A stretch of 64,000 nucleotides of DNA from Strigamia acuminata (Eukaryota): assembly GCA_949358305.1 (NCBI GenBank), contig OX442314.1:17980001-18044000 (forward strand). The letters run 5' to 3'. The notes under the pieces are model-generated. The model ran no database searches, was not told the DNA's origin, and worked only from the letters and a program-made list of their open reading frames with translations. This document shows positions 11,324-21,823 of the stretch, piece by piece. Made by a program: the position numbers and the translations under genes. Numbering within the stretch: position 1 is the first letter of the stretch; each line of letters begins with the position of its first letter.

Positions 11324-12514
11324 TTAAACAGTCATCGACATATTTCCGGCCTCATCTTGTCTCAACTCGCTGGAGTTGCGCTCCGTTCCCGTCCCCTTCT
11401 CCTCCCCCTTGTGCGCTCCGCATCTTTCCGAGTCCCACGAATCGCAAAGTCCATCTTGAGCATCCAAATTCATCTGCATCCTGTCCCCCAACTGTTCGAA
11501 GCTCCTCTTGAACCGGTTCCAACCCCCCTCATGGAGACTCGCGAAGGCGTGCGGCGACCTGATCGAGGAACCACCGCCGCCTCCACCCCGATAAGACGCC
11601 ATTCGCATAAACGGGGGCGCGGGGAGGCGGTCGGCAGAACGACTGAAGCGATATCGCACCGGCAATTCGCCACTTCGAGCCAAAGCTGCAATGGTTCGCT
11701 TTCCCTGGCCATTTCGCGCCTCGGCTTCCTCTTTGAGACGCGCTTCTTCACGACGCAGCCATCCGAGTAAACGAGATCCACCAGATGCTGAAGCAGGTCG
11801 ATAGTAAATATTCCGTTTCGGCGCGTCCTCTGGTGAAGAATCGTGACGCCGTATTGAACGCGTGTGAGGGAGCCAACCGTTACGAGCCAATGATGCAATA
11901 TTGCGCTTGAAAGGGATTAACAGATCATCCTTATCCCATTCCTCAATCCCCAAATCCTCTTCGCTATCGTCCGAATTCTCCTCGGAATCCCAATCGGGTG
12001 TCTCTGTGTCCTGGGGTGTTCTCTTGCCTCGAAATGGAATTCCATCTGCACGAGCCAGTGAACCCAAATATCGCTTTTTGCCGCTCATACGCCTCCCCTG
12101 TCCCAATTCGCCGGCGCGAGCTAAACTTCCCATGAAGCGCTTGTCTTGTAATGAGGAGAAAAGATCTCTTCCGACTAAACGCGAATCTCCCATGCGTATC
12201 ATTGAGCCCAAATGACGTTTCTCCGCAGCGTCGTCGAACATTTCTTCATCATCCACTTCATCGTCTTGACGTTTGTGAGGAGCGAGAATGCCTTGACGAA
12301 CGATACTGCCCAAATACCGTTTAATTATCTCGTTGTTTTCATCCTTATCACCCGTGCTCTCGGTTTCACGACGTTTCCCGTGAAAGGACGGTGGCAGACC
12401 GCCAGTTCTGGCCAAGGAACCCACGTATCTCTTCACTGGCGGTTTCATTTTTTCTTGCGGGTAACTTGATTCCGTCAATCGGTCTGAAATTGTTGAAACT
12501 TCCGGTCCAGTGTC
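11324..12514 (-). CDS. Nplp1: Neuropeptide-like precursor 1 (NPLP1-type prohormone), coding exon 2 (all mature peptides)
   Basis: Acceptor ttgcatccag|GACACT at 12515/12514, phase 0. Repeated peptides flanked by KR/RR share an xx(G/A)SLAR-like motif: YVGSLARTGGLPPSFHGKR, YLGSIVRQG, HLGSMIRMG, FMGSLARAG, YLGSLARADGIPFRGKR, NIASLARNG, TIAALARSG. They are separated by acidic spacers and include GKR amidation signals. This is the NPLP1 signature. Confidence 0.88.
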   Translation of the reverse strand, partial: DTGPEVSTISDRLTESSYPQEKMKPPVKRYVGSLARTGGLPPSFHGKRRETESTGDKDENNEIIKRYLGSIVRQGILAPHKRQDDEVDDEEMFDDAAEKRHLGSMIRMGDSRLVGRDLFSSLQDKRFMGSLARAGELGQGRRMSGKKRYLGSLARADGIPFRGKRTPQDTETPDWDSEENSDDSEEDLGIEEWDKDDLLIPFKRNIASLARNGWLPHTRSIRRHDSSPEDAPKRNIYYRPASASGGSRLLGWLRREEARLKEEAEARNGQGKRTIAALARSGELPVRYRFSRSADRLPAPPFMRMASYRGGGGGGSSIRSPHAFASLHEGGWNRFKRSFEQLGDRMQMNLDAQDGLCDSWDSERCGAHKGEEKGTGTERNSSELRQDEAGNMSMTV

Positions 12515-15500
12515 CTGGATGCAAATTAACAACAAATTCAAATTTACAACAACAATAAACAATTTGAAAAGGTGATACATTGACACGAGAATTATTATTG
12601 CCGGCCATTTAATCCCGTTTAATTTACCTACAATTACGCTCAATTTATTTGCACATTCAAACATTCAACTTCAAAATTAGAAAATCATGCAGCTATACAA
12701 ATTAAAATCTGTTGCTTTAAAACTACTTCAGAAAATTGAACTTTTTCCTCAATTATGATTAATCACCCTAGTTTTCAGCAAGTCGCTGGTTTCTTTTTAA
12801 TAAAGTTTGAGTTGAGTCATGTGCCCTTTTCTACTTAAGGGAATATGACGTTTAAGACGTAAAGCGCAAGTGAAGTGCCAAAACTACTTTTACGAAAGAG
12901 ACCATTCGGGTCATCTTTCTCCCCTTTAGCATTTTCCATAAAGAACTTATGCAGCATTTGCTCTTGCGCATGACTGACTATGACTTCAGTAGATTTGTGT
13001 TCATTCATAAGTGCATTTTCTGACTTATCGCAGTTAAAGGTCGGCGAGAAAAGCTTTTTCTTTTCGTTTTCAAATGGAACAAATGGAACACAACCACGAT
13101 CGACGTTGGTCTTTGTACGAAACTGATCAATACATCCACCGTGATGTCACGATCGAAATCATTAGTGTCGAGTTATATTTTTTATGCTTTCAAACCCATG
13201 TTGATTACTCTTCCAATTCATCAAGGGAACAATCATTAAACACCCCCTGTCTTTATCTCCGGAGGAAAGGATATGGATTCCAATTCCACGCAAGAGACAA
13301 ACTGTCGTCCGTTATTAACTACTGCATATATCACAAGACACCAGCCCTAATCACTACCTCTGGCGACAAAATGATGAAGAAAAAGTGCGTCAACATGCTC
13401 ACAAATCTCCCGATTTAATTTTCCATTCTCCTTAAAACTTTACATAAATAAACATTTAAAATAAATCAAATTTTCTTCTCCAAATGTAAAATTAAAACCA
13501 CGATCTCATTTTGCTCCAATTCCTCTCGGAAATAGCAGAGAAACCAATTTGTTACGAGCAACGCTGTGCCGTCCAGTGGAAAAGTGTTTAAACGATTTCC
13601 TCCCCAATAAGCAATTAAAGCCCTGGCAGATGTTGGCAATGAGTGTTGTAAGCACTTGGAGTAAGTCATATGCTGCACTGTACCATAACCACACCGTAAT
13701 AAAACGCAAGTTCAGCTTTCATTGGCGACCCAAGAAAAATAATTAAGTTTTTTTAAAAAATAAAAAACCGAACTAAAGCGAACAAGGTTGAGGGTAGCGG
13801 TTAAATAAAGAAACGGAAGCCGAAGCGAGAGAGATAGTGAGCACTGTTGAATCAATAGAGGGCGTGCGATGGAAGCGAGTTTCTTTCAATCGTCTGAAAT
13901 GAGGTTCCTTGTTGAAGAAAATTGAAAATATGCCGGCAGATTCAGCTTTAATTCAACGCACATTCGGTGATTAAGACATCATGCTACATCAATTACGCAA
14001 ACAAGAGTCCTTTGCAAGCTTTTTGTGTGTCTCAAACAAGGAATGGCGTGGAAATAAAGTCGTCTCAAACATATTACGATTGAGATAAGCCAAAAAGGGT
14101 CGTGAAAACGACTTCACAAATAATGAGTTAGTTGACTTCCTTCTCCGTTGTTATCACAAAGAACCAGACACTTCTATTTTTTTCTTTTTTCTTCTTTGCG
14201 GACACAAAACCTGATACTTGGAACCATTCATCACGCAGTATCCTATTATGTAAGATAAACATTTTATAATTTGGAAAAACTTGTACTATTTCAACCATAC
14301 CATTATTCCATTTGTTTTGCTTGAAAATCTCAACCAAGCGCGATTTCATTTAGGAAAAGAACTACATATTCATCTATTCTAGGATTTGCCATCTGTTCAG
14401 AAAGAGATAGTGGACGCAAGGCAGATTGGGTTTTGGCTTTTATAAATGTAACGTGAAACCCCAGTGGCCAACCAAGCGAGAATATTAGGAATTGCTATTA
14501 TTAATGAGCTTAGAAGCCGCAACGTACCCCAAAGCTTAAGTTCAAGTGAAGGGGAAAACTAAGAAACGTACAAAGTACGAACAAAAACGATACATCTTTA
14601 AGATTGTATTAACATCATGGTAAAATTAAAGTTTGATTGGATGTCATGTACTGAAACGACAACTGCAATTTTCATCACGCGCTGACCGAAACTCAATTTC
14701 CGACGAAATGCATTTACATTTTTAATATTCAAAAAATATAAAATTAAACTGCAAGTATTTGAAATTAAAGCCTACTAAAGCTCTATATGTCAATAAGTAA
14801 GAAAAATTTGATTTCCTGCTCCTGTAGAATGCTACATCAAAATGAAAGTCACTGTTGGTTCTAAAAAAATATGTGGACACCGAAAAAGCAAATTGAAACT
14901 GGCTATTTTATAATTTATTTTGTCATTGTTGAGTGTTGACGCCATTCTTGCCAAATGAAGCACAGTGAAGCCTACTTTTATTTTGATTACTTTCAAGCTT
15001 CAACGAAAAATAAATCAATGGCCGTGACATTTAAGAAGCAACACCAAACAATTGCATTTTCACCATATTCTGAAATTCTTCTATTCTTTTATTCACGCCT
15101 CACAAATGAACGATGCTTTTCCATCTCATAAAATATTGCTGTCGCCATCATCACAGAGCTGTGAGTAATCAGTGTACGACATGCTTCGACTCGTCTACAA
15201 GAGAACCAAACCTAAGTGTTACAATGCAAGAAGTTTTGATTTCTTTAATACGACGTCTTTAAGAGAACTCTGCTCTCCCTGAGTAGAATACTAAACATTA
15301 ATGTAGTCTAACGTATTAAAATAGGTACAGTACATAAAAAGCATCCCTTTAGAATTTCCATTTTTCACGTAATCGCATTGAAACCCTATGATCGATTTTC
15401 GTTAAAAATTAACTTTTGCTATTACCAATTGCTTTGAAGCCTACAGGAGATTGCCTTTTAAGCAACGTAATAAGAGACCACAAATGTTTTATTTTCCTAT

Positions 15501-15612
15501 CCTTGCCCCGTTCCTTTAAAACGATACCAGCCCACCTGATAATCCTTAAAAATTTTAAATAAATAATTTTTTTTATTAGAGTAATTCTAAATATCCACAA
15601 CTTTTTATTGTA

Positions 15613-16461
15613 CCGGGTGGCCCACATAAAAGCGGCCCGACAATACACCGAGGCTTACGAAGGGTGACTCAAAAAATGTATACATGCACAAAATTAAATA
15701 TACATTAATCATTAGCTGTGCGCAGTGTTGTTTAATTAACGTTTCTAGTACAGTTTTTTCCGCTCTTTCGTTTGGTGTTTAGTTTTGAACGATCCGAGCT
15801 TTCGTTCTCGAGATATTTGCATTTTTCATCAATTTTTGTCCGAATTTTCTAAATTTGATGGCACTAGTCAGCTTGAATTTTAGATTTTGTGGTAATTTTG
15901 TGGATTTCTTCAGCAGTACCGGTACCGGTATAGGTACACAGTACTTATCATAAAATACCGCAATTTGTGGGACTGGTACGGTACCTGTAACACTTTTTGG
16001 GTTCCAAATGACTTTACTTTAGCAAAATCTCAAAAAATGTAGCAAAATCTCACAAAATCAAGCACAATCTTACAAAATCTCACAAAATCAAGCACAATCT
16101 CACAAAATCTTACAAAATCAAGCAAAATCTCATACTGATGCATCTGAAGAAATCCATAAAAGTACCATTGAAGAGATTCAAAAAGTACTACAAAATTCAG
16201 GAATGACTAGTGCAATCAAACTTGGCGAATTCGGACAATAATTGATTAAAATCGCAAACATCTTGAGAACAAAAGCTCGGATCGTCAAAAACTAAACACC
16301 AAATGAATGAGCGGAAAAAACTGCACTAGAAACGTTAATTGAACAACCCTGACCACAGCTAATGATTTATGTATATTTAATTTTGTGCATGTATACATTT
16401 TTTGAGTTGTCCTCCACAAGCCTCCGTGTATTGTCGGGCCGCTTTTATGTGGGCCACCCGG
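15613..16461. mobile_element. Fold-back Tc1/mariner-type non-autonomous element with ~300-bp inverted arms
   Basis: TA|CCGGGTGGCCCACATAAAAGCGGCCCGACAATACAC ... GTGTATTGTCGGGCCGCTTTTATGTGGGCCACCCGG|TA. The arms stay recognisably complementary over ~15613-15915 versus ~16140-16461. TA target-site duplication. Confidence 0.9.
16021..16132. repeat. 10-bp minisatellite (cacaaaatct/agcaaaatct variants) in the MITE centre
   Basis: About 11 consecutive imperfect 10-mers. Confidence 0.85.
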
Positions 16462-18789
16462 TATAATCATCATGAATAAAATAATAGAAGTTCGATTTTT
16501 CTAAAGCCTTCTGTAGACTTCAACTATTTTGCAGCATTATTAGCTTCTTCACTCAGAACACAACTTTTTGTCCCAAAATAACGAAGCAGAAAGCGCATTC
16601 AATAAAGAATTAACACAACACGAGAATTAGCACTACCTGCGAACACGAGTTGTTGCTCTTGAATGTAACTCGTGCTAAAAGATAGCATACGGCAGCAGTC
16701 GGCAACTGGCGGACCGCGGTCCGTGTGACGTTTTAGCAACGATACGTTTTAGCGACGTTTTTCCCTCGGTTTCTTTGGTTTTCCGGTGTTTTTTTTCTTG
16801 TTTTTCCTGTTTTTTAGGTTTTATTTGTATTGTTTGGGTTGTGTGTGTTTATTGGGGGGTTTATTTGGTTTTTAAGTGTTTATTCTGTTTTCTTAGGTTT
16901 TTAGTAAGGTTTTTAAGTGTTTTTTTTCTGGACCTCAATAAAAATTTTCAATTGTATCCGGACCCCACTTAAAATTACTTGCCGACCCCTGGCATACAGT
17001 ATGTATTATCACAAGATTATCATGTTCAAAATTGTCTGGAAACACGACCTTAAGAAGTTTTGCTACTTTTGTCATGCCAAAAAAGTCAAAACTAGATTTT
17101 ACACGCGATTCTCGTGTTAAATCTCGTGGCCTGATGTAACACGATCGTGTTGTGCAACTACAAAACTAACAATGGAACACCCGTCGTTTTTCTTAAAAGC
17201 TAGCATCTCTATCTTACAAATGCGAGCTAAGAAACATAGGCGCCCTGGCGACCGGTATATGACCACCCCCTGGTGTTGCGGTTTTATAAATACGCCTACC
17301 ATCTTCACTCAAAAATAACCCCATGGTATTCGAATATCGTCCGATATCGATATTTTGTGCACATTAAATTTTTTAATACAAGCTTAAATAGTTTACTTTT
17401 GCTAAAAGTGATGTTCTAAAATAATTTATTTAAATTAAATATCCAAATTACTTTTTAATGTGATTCAAAAAATGGCACAAAGTGTGCACGATTTTTTAAA
17501 TTGCCTATTCATTAAATAGTCAATAAAACGTTAATAAATAGTCGCTAAAACAGGCAGATCTGCGCATTTCGTTACATTGAGTGCACGTGTTGAGAAACGC
17601 ACCAGCACTCAAACATAATACAAATCCAAATATAACACCATGGTGTTACGTGTAAAAATAAGGGAAAATAGTGTACAAATAAATGGAACCCGTGCTTTTT
17701 CAATCAGTTTTCAATTTTGCATCAACCAAATTCAAACTTAATTAATTACACGAAGTCAAAGAGCTGGATTCAATCATTAAACCTAATCCCAAATGTATAA
17801 ACTGTCTGCCGTGTGGAGGCCCCATCCAATTATCCGTCTAGTCTAAGGGCTATGCCAACCTTCTGGTCACATCATACATAGATCTCATCTTATCACATGT
17901 CCAGTGAATGTCAACATCCAATATCATTACAAATCAATAAATCCCTTTTGCATCAAGCAACCGCGATATGTGATAAAAACTAAATCGTTTCACTGAGTTT
18001 CAATTTCTTTTAAAAATTTGGAGAGAAATAATTTTACCCCAAATCAATAATTTTGATTTGTGGCAACAAGTTTTTCTTCTTCCGCCTTTGACTGCAGTGT
18101 GAGTCATAAAAGTGCAATACACAAAACCTACCGACAAGTCCTAATTTGAAAAAGAAAATTGTGGCTGGGAGAAAATCACTTCCATTCCGACCAGACGAAG
18201 GCTCCAGGGAAAATGGAATTCATTTGCAGGCTATCACCTTTTACAGTTCATAAGATTCGACATCTGTTCAATCTCGACTGCAAAATTTGAACTAAAAAGT
18301 TAACTACAGCATTGACCAAAATATAAATTCTTTTAAACAACATCTTAAAAAAAATTATTAAATAAAATTTATTGTTCAGGTGGCTGTTTAAAAAAAAACA
18401 CAGAAAAACTTTTCATTTCATTCCGTGGACATGTTCTTTAACCGCACCCACCAATGTTTTACTTTTGCTTTTGGCCTTGATATCATGATAAATTATAAAA
18501 TTATTCAGTATTATTTTTATAAAACTATTTCTCTTCTAGAATTAATTATTTGACTTTCAACCTTTGCTGAGTGCAATTAATTACGCCTAATGTTTAAACT
18601 TAGCTCCGCCATAAGTATGATTGACAGCTATTTTATTAAATTGTCTTTTCTTATAGAATGTTGCCTTAGAAACGACTGTAAGAGGATCAAAATAAAATTG
18701 AGGTCTAAATGCTCATCAAAATGTTTTTTTGTGTGTAATTAAATATTACTTTTAATTACTTTTTAATGTTAAAAATAGTCACCACTGGT

Positions 18790-18962
18790 AGGTGCATTCA
18801 TAAAGGCATTTAAATTAAACCGCCCTTTAAACAGCATTTTTAATCTGTTTTTTAAACTGCTTGTCTGGATCTAACTTCAAAAATGGCGGTCGGTACATAT
18901 ATTGTTTCCAGTCGCAGTGTGCATGCGCACCACATTTAAACATGACTTTACCGAATGCGCTT
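18790..18962. mobile_element. Harbinger-like MITE, copy B (same family as 7227-7412)
   Basis: AGGTGCATTC...GAATGCGCTT termini and an interior shared with copy A. Confidence 0.7.
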
Positions 18963-19317
18963 ACTTTCAAGTCAGCCTAACTGTACACAATTACATGTTG
19001 ATGTGTAATGTTTTTAATTCTACAACTACACAATTTTAAATTTATAGCATTGTAATAAAACATTAACTGGACTGTCAAGTCAACCGACATTGTACCTCGG
19101 AACTGTGGCCAGGGCCGGTGTGACACATATTTCCACCTCAGGCGTAAAAGGCATATGCCGCCCTTTTGAACAGAAAAACTTTTTTGTTGCAAAACATCGG
19201 TTTGTGCGCCCTGCCTCATCCCTCGCACCAGCCCTGACTGTGGCATCCACGAACAGAAAGTAGTTCTATCATATGTTCCTATCCTAGTCCAAACAGAATA
19301 CCGTACAAATTATCTTC

Positions 19318-19775
19318 GGAGATGCCGTTCCAACGGCGAATCGCCTAAAGACGAATCTGGCCATTCGGACGAATGGCGAATTTCTATTTTATTCTGTCCA
19401 AAAGCGATCCCAATGGCAAATTTCTCCCAATTCGCCATTGGGAATGTATTTGGACCTTTCTAATGGCGAATTAGTAGAAATTAGCCACAGGGGCGCACAT
19501 CTAGCGCGACATGAATCTGCCACGACAAGCCGTCCCAAAAAAATGGTTTTGCACCAAAAAACCAGTAAGGTTAAGTTCGCGGGGAATCAGTTAGCCCTCC
19601 TTAGGAATTGGAAATCGCAGTAGATAACGCAAATAATGTTTCCAATGGCGAATTTCAATATATACGTTTCCAATGGCGAATTTTCCCAGATTTGCCATTG
19701 GAAACGTCAAAATAGCTTTCCAATGGCGAATTTTGGAAATTCGCCCTTCGGTGATTCGCCGTTGGAACGGGTACC
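19318..19775. mobile_element. Mutator-like (MULE) MITE with 9-bp TSD
   Basis: The direct repeat ATTATCTTC flanks both ends (19309-19317 and 19776-19784). TIR core CCGTTCCAACGGCGAATC / GATTCGCCGTTGGAACGG, with many internal TCCAATGGCGAAT subterminal repeats. Confidence 0.85.
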
Positions 19776-19902
19776 ATTATCTTCGAATCATAATACCCAG
19801 TAACAGGGAGGAAACGCTACCCACTTAGCCCAAGTCCCCCGACGACATGACGAAGGCCCCTAACTCCAGGGTTTATTGAGTTAGAAACAAATTTTAACCT
19901 CC

Positions 19903-20363
19903 TTATTTTCTTAAGTAAGAGCCACGGCTCTTATTCAAAAGCGTCACGCTGAGCTGCGGCTCTTAATGGAAGGCAGCTCTTATTTCAAATAGTGGCCAAT
20001 ATCAATGTTACATTCATTGAACGTTCGTTTTGTTTGATTGAATTCAATCGGTTTGGTCAATTTAAACATTTATTTTAGTGTTTTTGATCAATTTAAACAT
20101 TTATTTTAGTGTTTTTGATCAATTTAAACATTTAATTTAGTGTTTTTGATAAATCTAAACATTTATTTTAGTCATTTTGTGCGTCTCGGTTCCCATTCAT
20201 TTCCGTTACACTAGTAACAATAACCTCGATTTGTAGCCGCCCTCGAATAACAACCGCAGCTACTATTCGAGGGCGGCTGTTATTTCAAATCTTGACTCTC
20301 ATCCGCGGTTACTATTCGAGGGCGACTTTAATTCGAGGGCGACTTTTAATCGAGAAAATACGG
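19903..20363. mobile_element. Degenerate relative of the CCGTATTT-TIR (Tc2/pogo-like) MITE family
   Basis: Contains agagccacggctcttattcaaa, actattcgagggcg repeats and the right end ttaatcgagaaaatacgg, as in 9645-9897 and 56186-56446. The left end is eroded. Confidence 0.65.
20057..20172. repeat. 31-bp tandem repeat, ~3.7 copies
   Basis: Unit tcaatttaaacatttattttagtgtttttga at 20057, 20088, 20119 and 20150. Confidence 0.9.
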
Positions 20364-21092
20364 TGTGTACTGTATACAACATGTATGGCTTTTCTACTTA
20401 TGTTCATAAGAGCCCACATCTTGCCCAATCTCGGCTATCGGCCACACAACATATACTTTTTATGCTTAACAATAATAGTTCTGATTAGCACGCATAACAA
20501 TATCATTTTAGCATTTTAGCAATTTAAGTGTTGCGTATATTTTATTTTAGTACTTTTAAAGTGTAGCTTAAATAAAAAACACTTAAAACATGACTTTTTG
20601 AATGGAGCTTGTATCTAATATTGTTTTTTCGTAAAAATAAAATATTACTTCAAAAACATGTTTATTCACAATTCATTTAAAACAATTTTTATGTCTTCTG
20701 AAGCCTTTTAAAATTTGTTGCAAATTAATTTTTTTATGTAAAAAAAAAAAAAACCAATCTTATTTTTGATTGCTACCTAAATTACCTATTTCACTTCATC
20801 TCTTTAGAGCTGTCGGCGACAAACATAAATTTATCATTTCCTGTTGCCATAAATATTGCACTTTTCTTTCAAGTTGACGACAAAATTTAGATTATTACTA
20901 TTTGATTTCAAAATATGATTGCAATTGAGTTTTCTGAATAAGTTAAATCAAAGTTCTCATATTCTCGATTTAAAAAAAAAATTTAAAAAAATATTATTTT
21001 TATGAATTTCCATTTTTTTTTAAAATAAAACAAATGAGTTTTCTTTCTGTGCATCGTTCACACTTGAAACACTATCTACATAGCTACCCAAT

Positions 21093-21823
21093 AGGCGCAT
21101 TCGAAAAGTCATTAAAACGAGTGTAAACGTGTTTACACTCGTTTTCACACGACATTTACACGAATTAATTCGTGTAAATGTCGTGTAAACTGGTTAAACG
21201 GAAACGGCCTGTACGCCACGTTTCCGTTTAAAATCTCCGTGCAACGAGTTTTCTCGTTGAAATCGGGTCTTGCTGGCAGCCATCTTGGATTTTCGTTAGA
21301 TCGGTTGGAACGATGTCGATCGCAAGAACAATTTTTTAGCAGGTATTAGCCGCATTCTTGCGATCGAATGCGGCCGATGTTCGACCGCATTTGTACGATC
21401 GAATACGGCCGACGTTCGACCGACGTTCGGCCGCATTTGTACAATCGAATGCGGCCGACGTTCGGCCGACGTTCGGCCGCGTTTGTGCGATCTGATGCGG
21501 CCGGTGTTCGGCCGCATTTGTGCGATTGAGGCGGATGTTCAGCCGATTCCCGTTCGGAAATAAATATTAATAATACAAATAATTAAAATAAATTTACATT
21601 TTATAATCATGTTTTTATAATCTCCTGTTTTTTTTTTAGAGTAAACAACAACAATAATGACTATGGTTATTATTTGGACTAATTTAATATTTACACTTGA
21701 ATTTACACTACTGAATTTTACACAGAAATTTATTTTGAAACTCGAAAATTGGGTCGTTTAACTTGAAATTTACACTACCAGTTGCACTGGTCGTTTAGTG
21801 CAAATTACTTTTCGAATGCGCCT
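21093..21823. mobile_element. Longer Harbinger-like MITE (AGGCGCATTCGAAAAGT TIR) with internal palindromes and a GC-rich minisatellite
   Basis: TAGGCGCATTCGAAAAGT ... ACTTTTCGAATGCGCCTA perfect 18-bp inverted ends. Confidence 0.85.
21350..21545. repeat. ~35-bp GC-rich tandem repeat (ccgcatttgtacgatcgaatgcggccgacgttcgg), ~5 copies
   Basis: Head-to-tail imperfect units with an 11-bp sub-duplication (cggccgacgtt) and no unique spacers. Confidence 0.85.

Noticed and set aside
11275..12469. Plus-strand and alternative-frame ORFs overlapping NPLP1
   Set aside because: Shadow ORFs of a GC-richer coding exon, with no recognisable motifs.
12515..12664. N-terminal 50 aa of the 446-aa ORF (MFECANKLSV...LLLICIQ) as the signal peptide
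   Set aside because: It is AT-rich, starts at a non-ATG codon and ends in a clear CAG acceptor. It is intron read-through; a better signal exon lies at 27183-27257.
16760..16990. Hydrophobic 65-aa ORF as a membrane protein
   Set aside because: It arises from G/T low-complexity sequence, probably the interior of a decayed DNA transposon (it ends ...GACCCCTG).
20057..20172. 31-bp repeats as a CRISPR array
   Set aside because: Head-to-tail minisatellite without spacers.
21296..21545. Repeat array as CRISPR or as a repetitive protein (73-aa ORF)
   Set aside because: The units are contiguous with no unique spacers, there are no cas genes, the context is eukaryotic, and the array lies inside a MITE.
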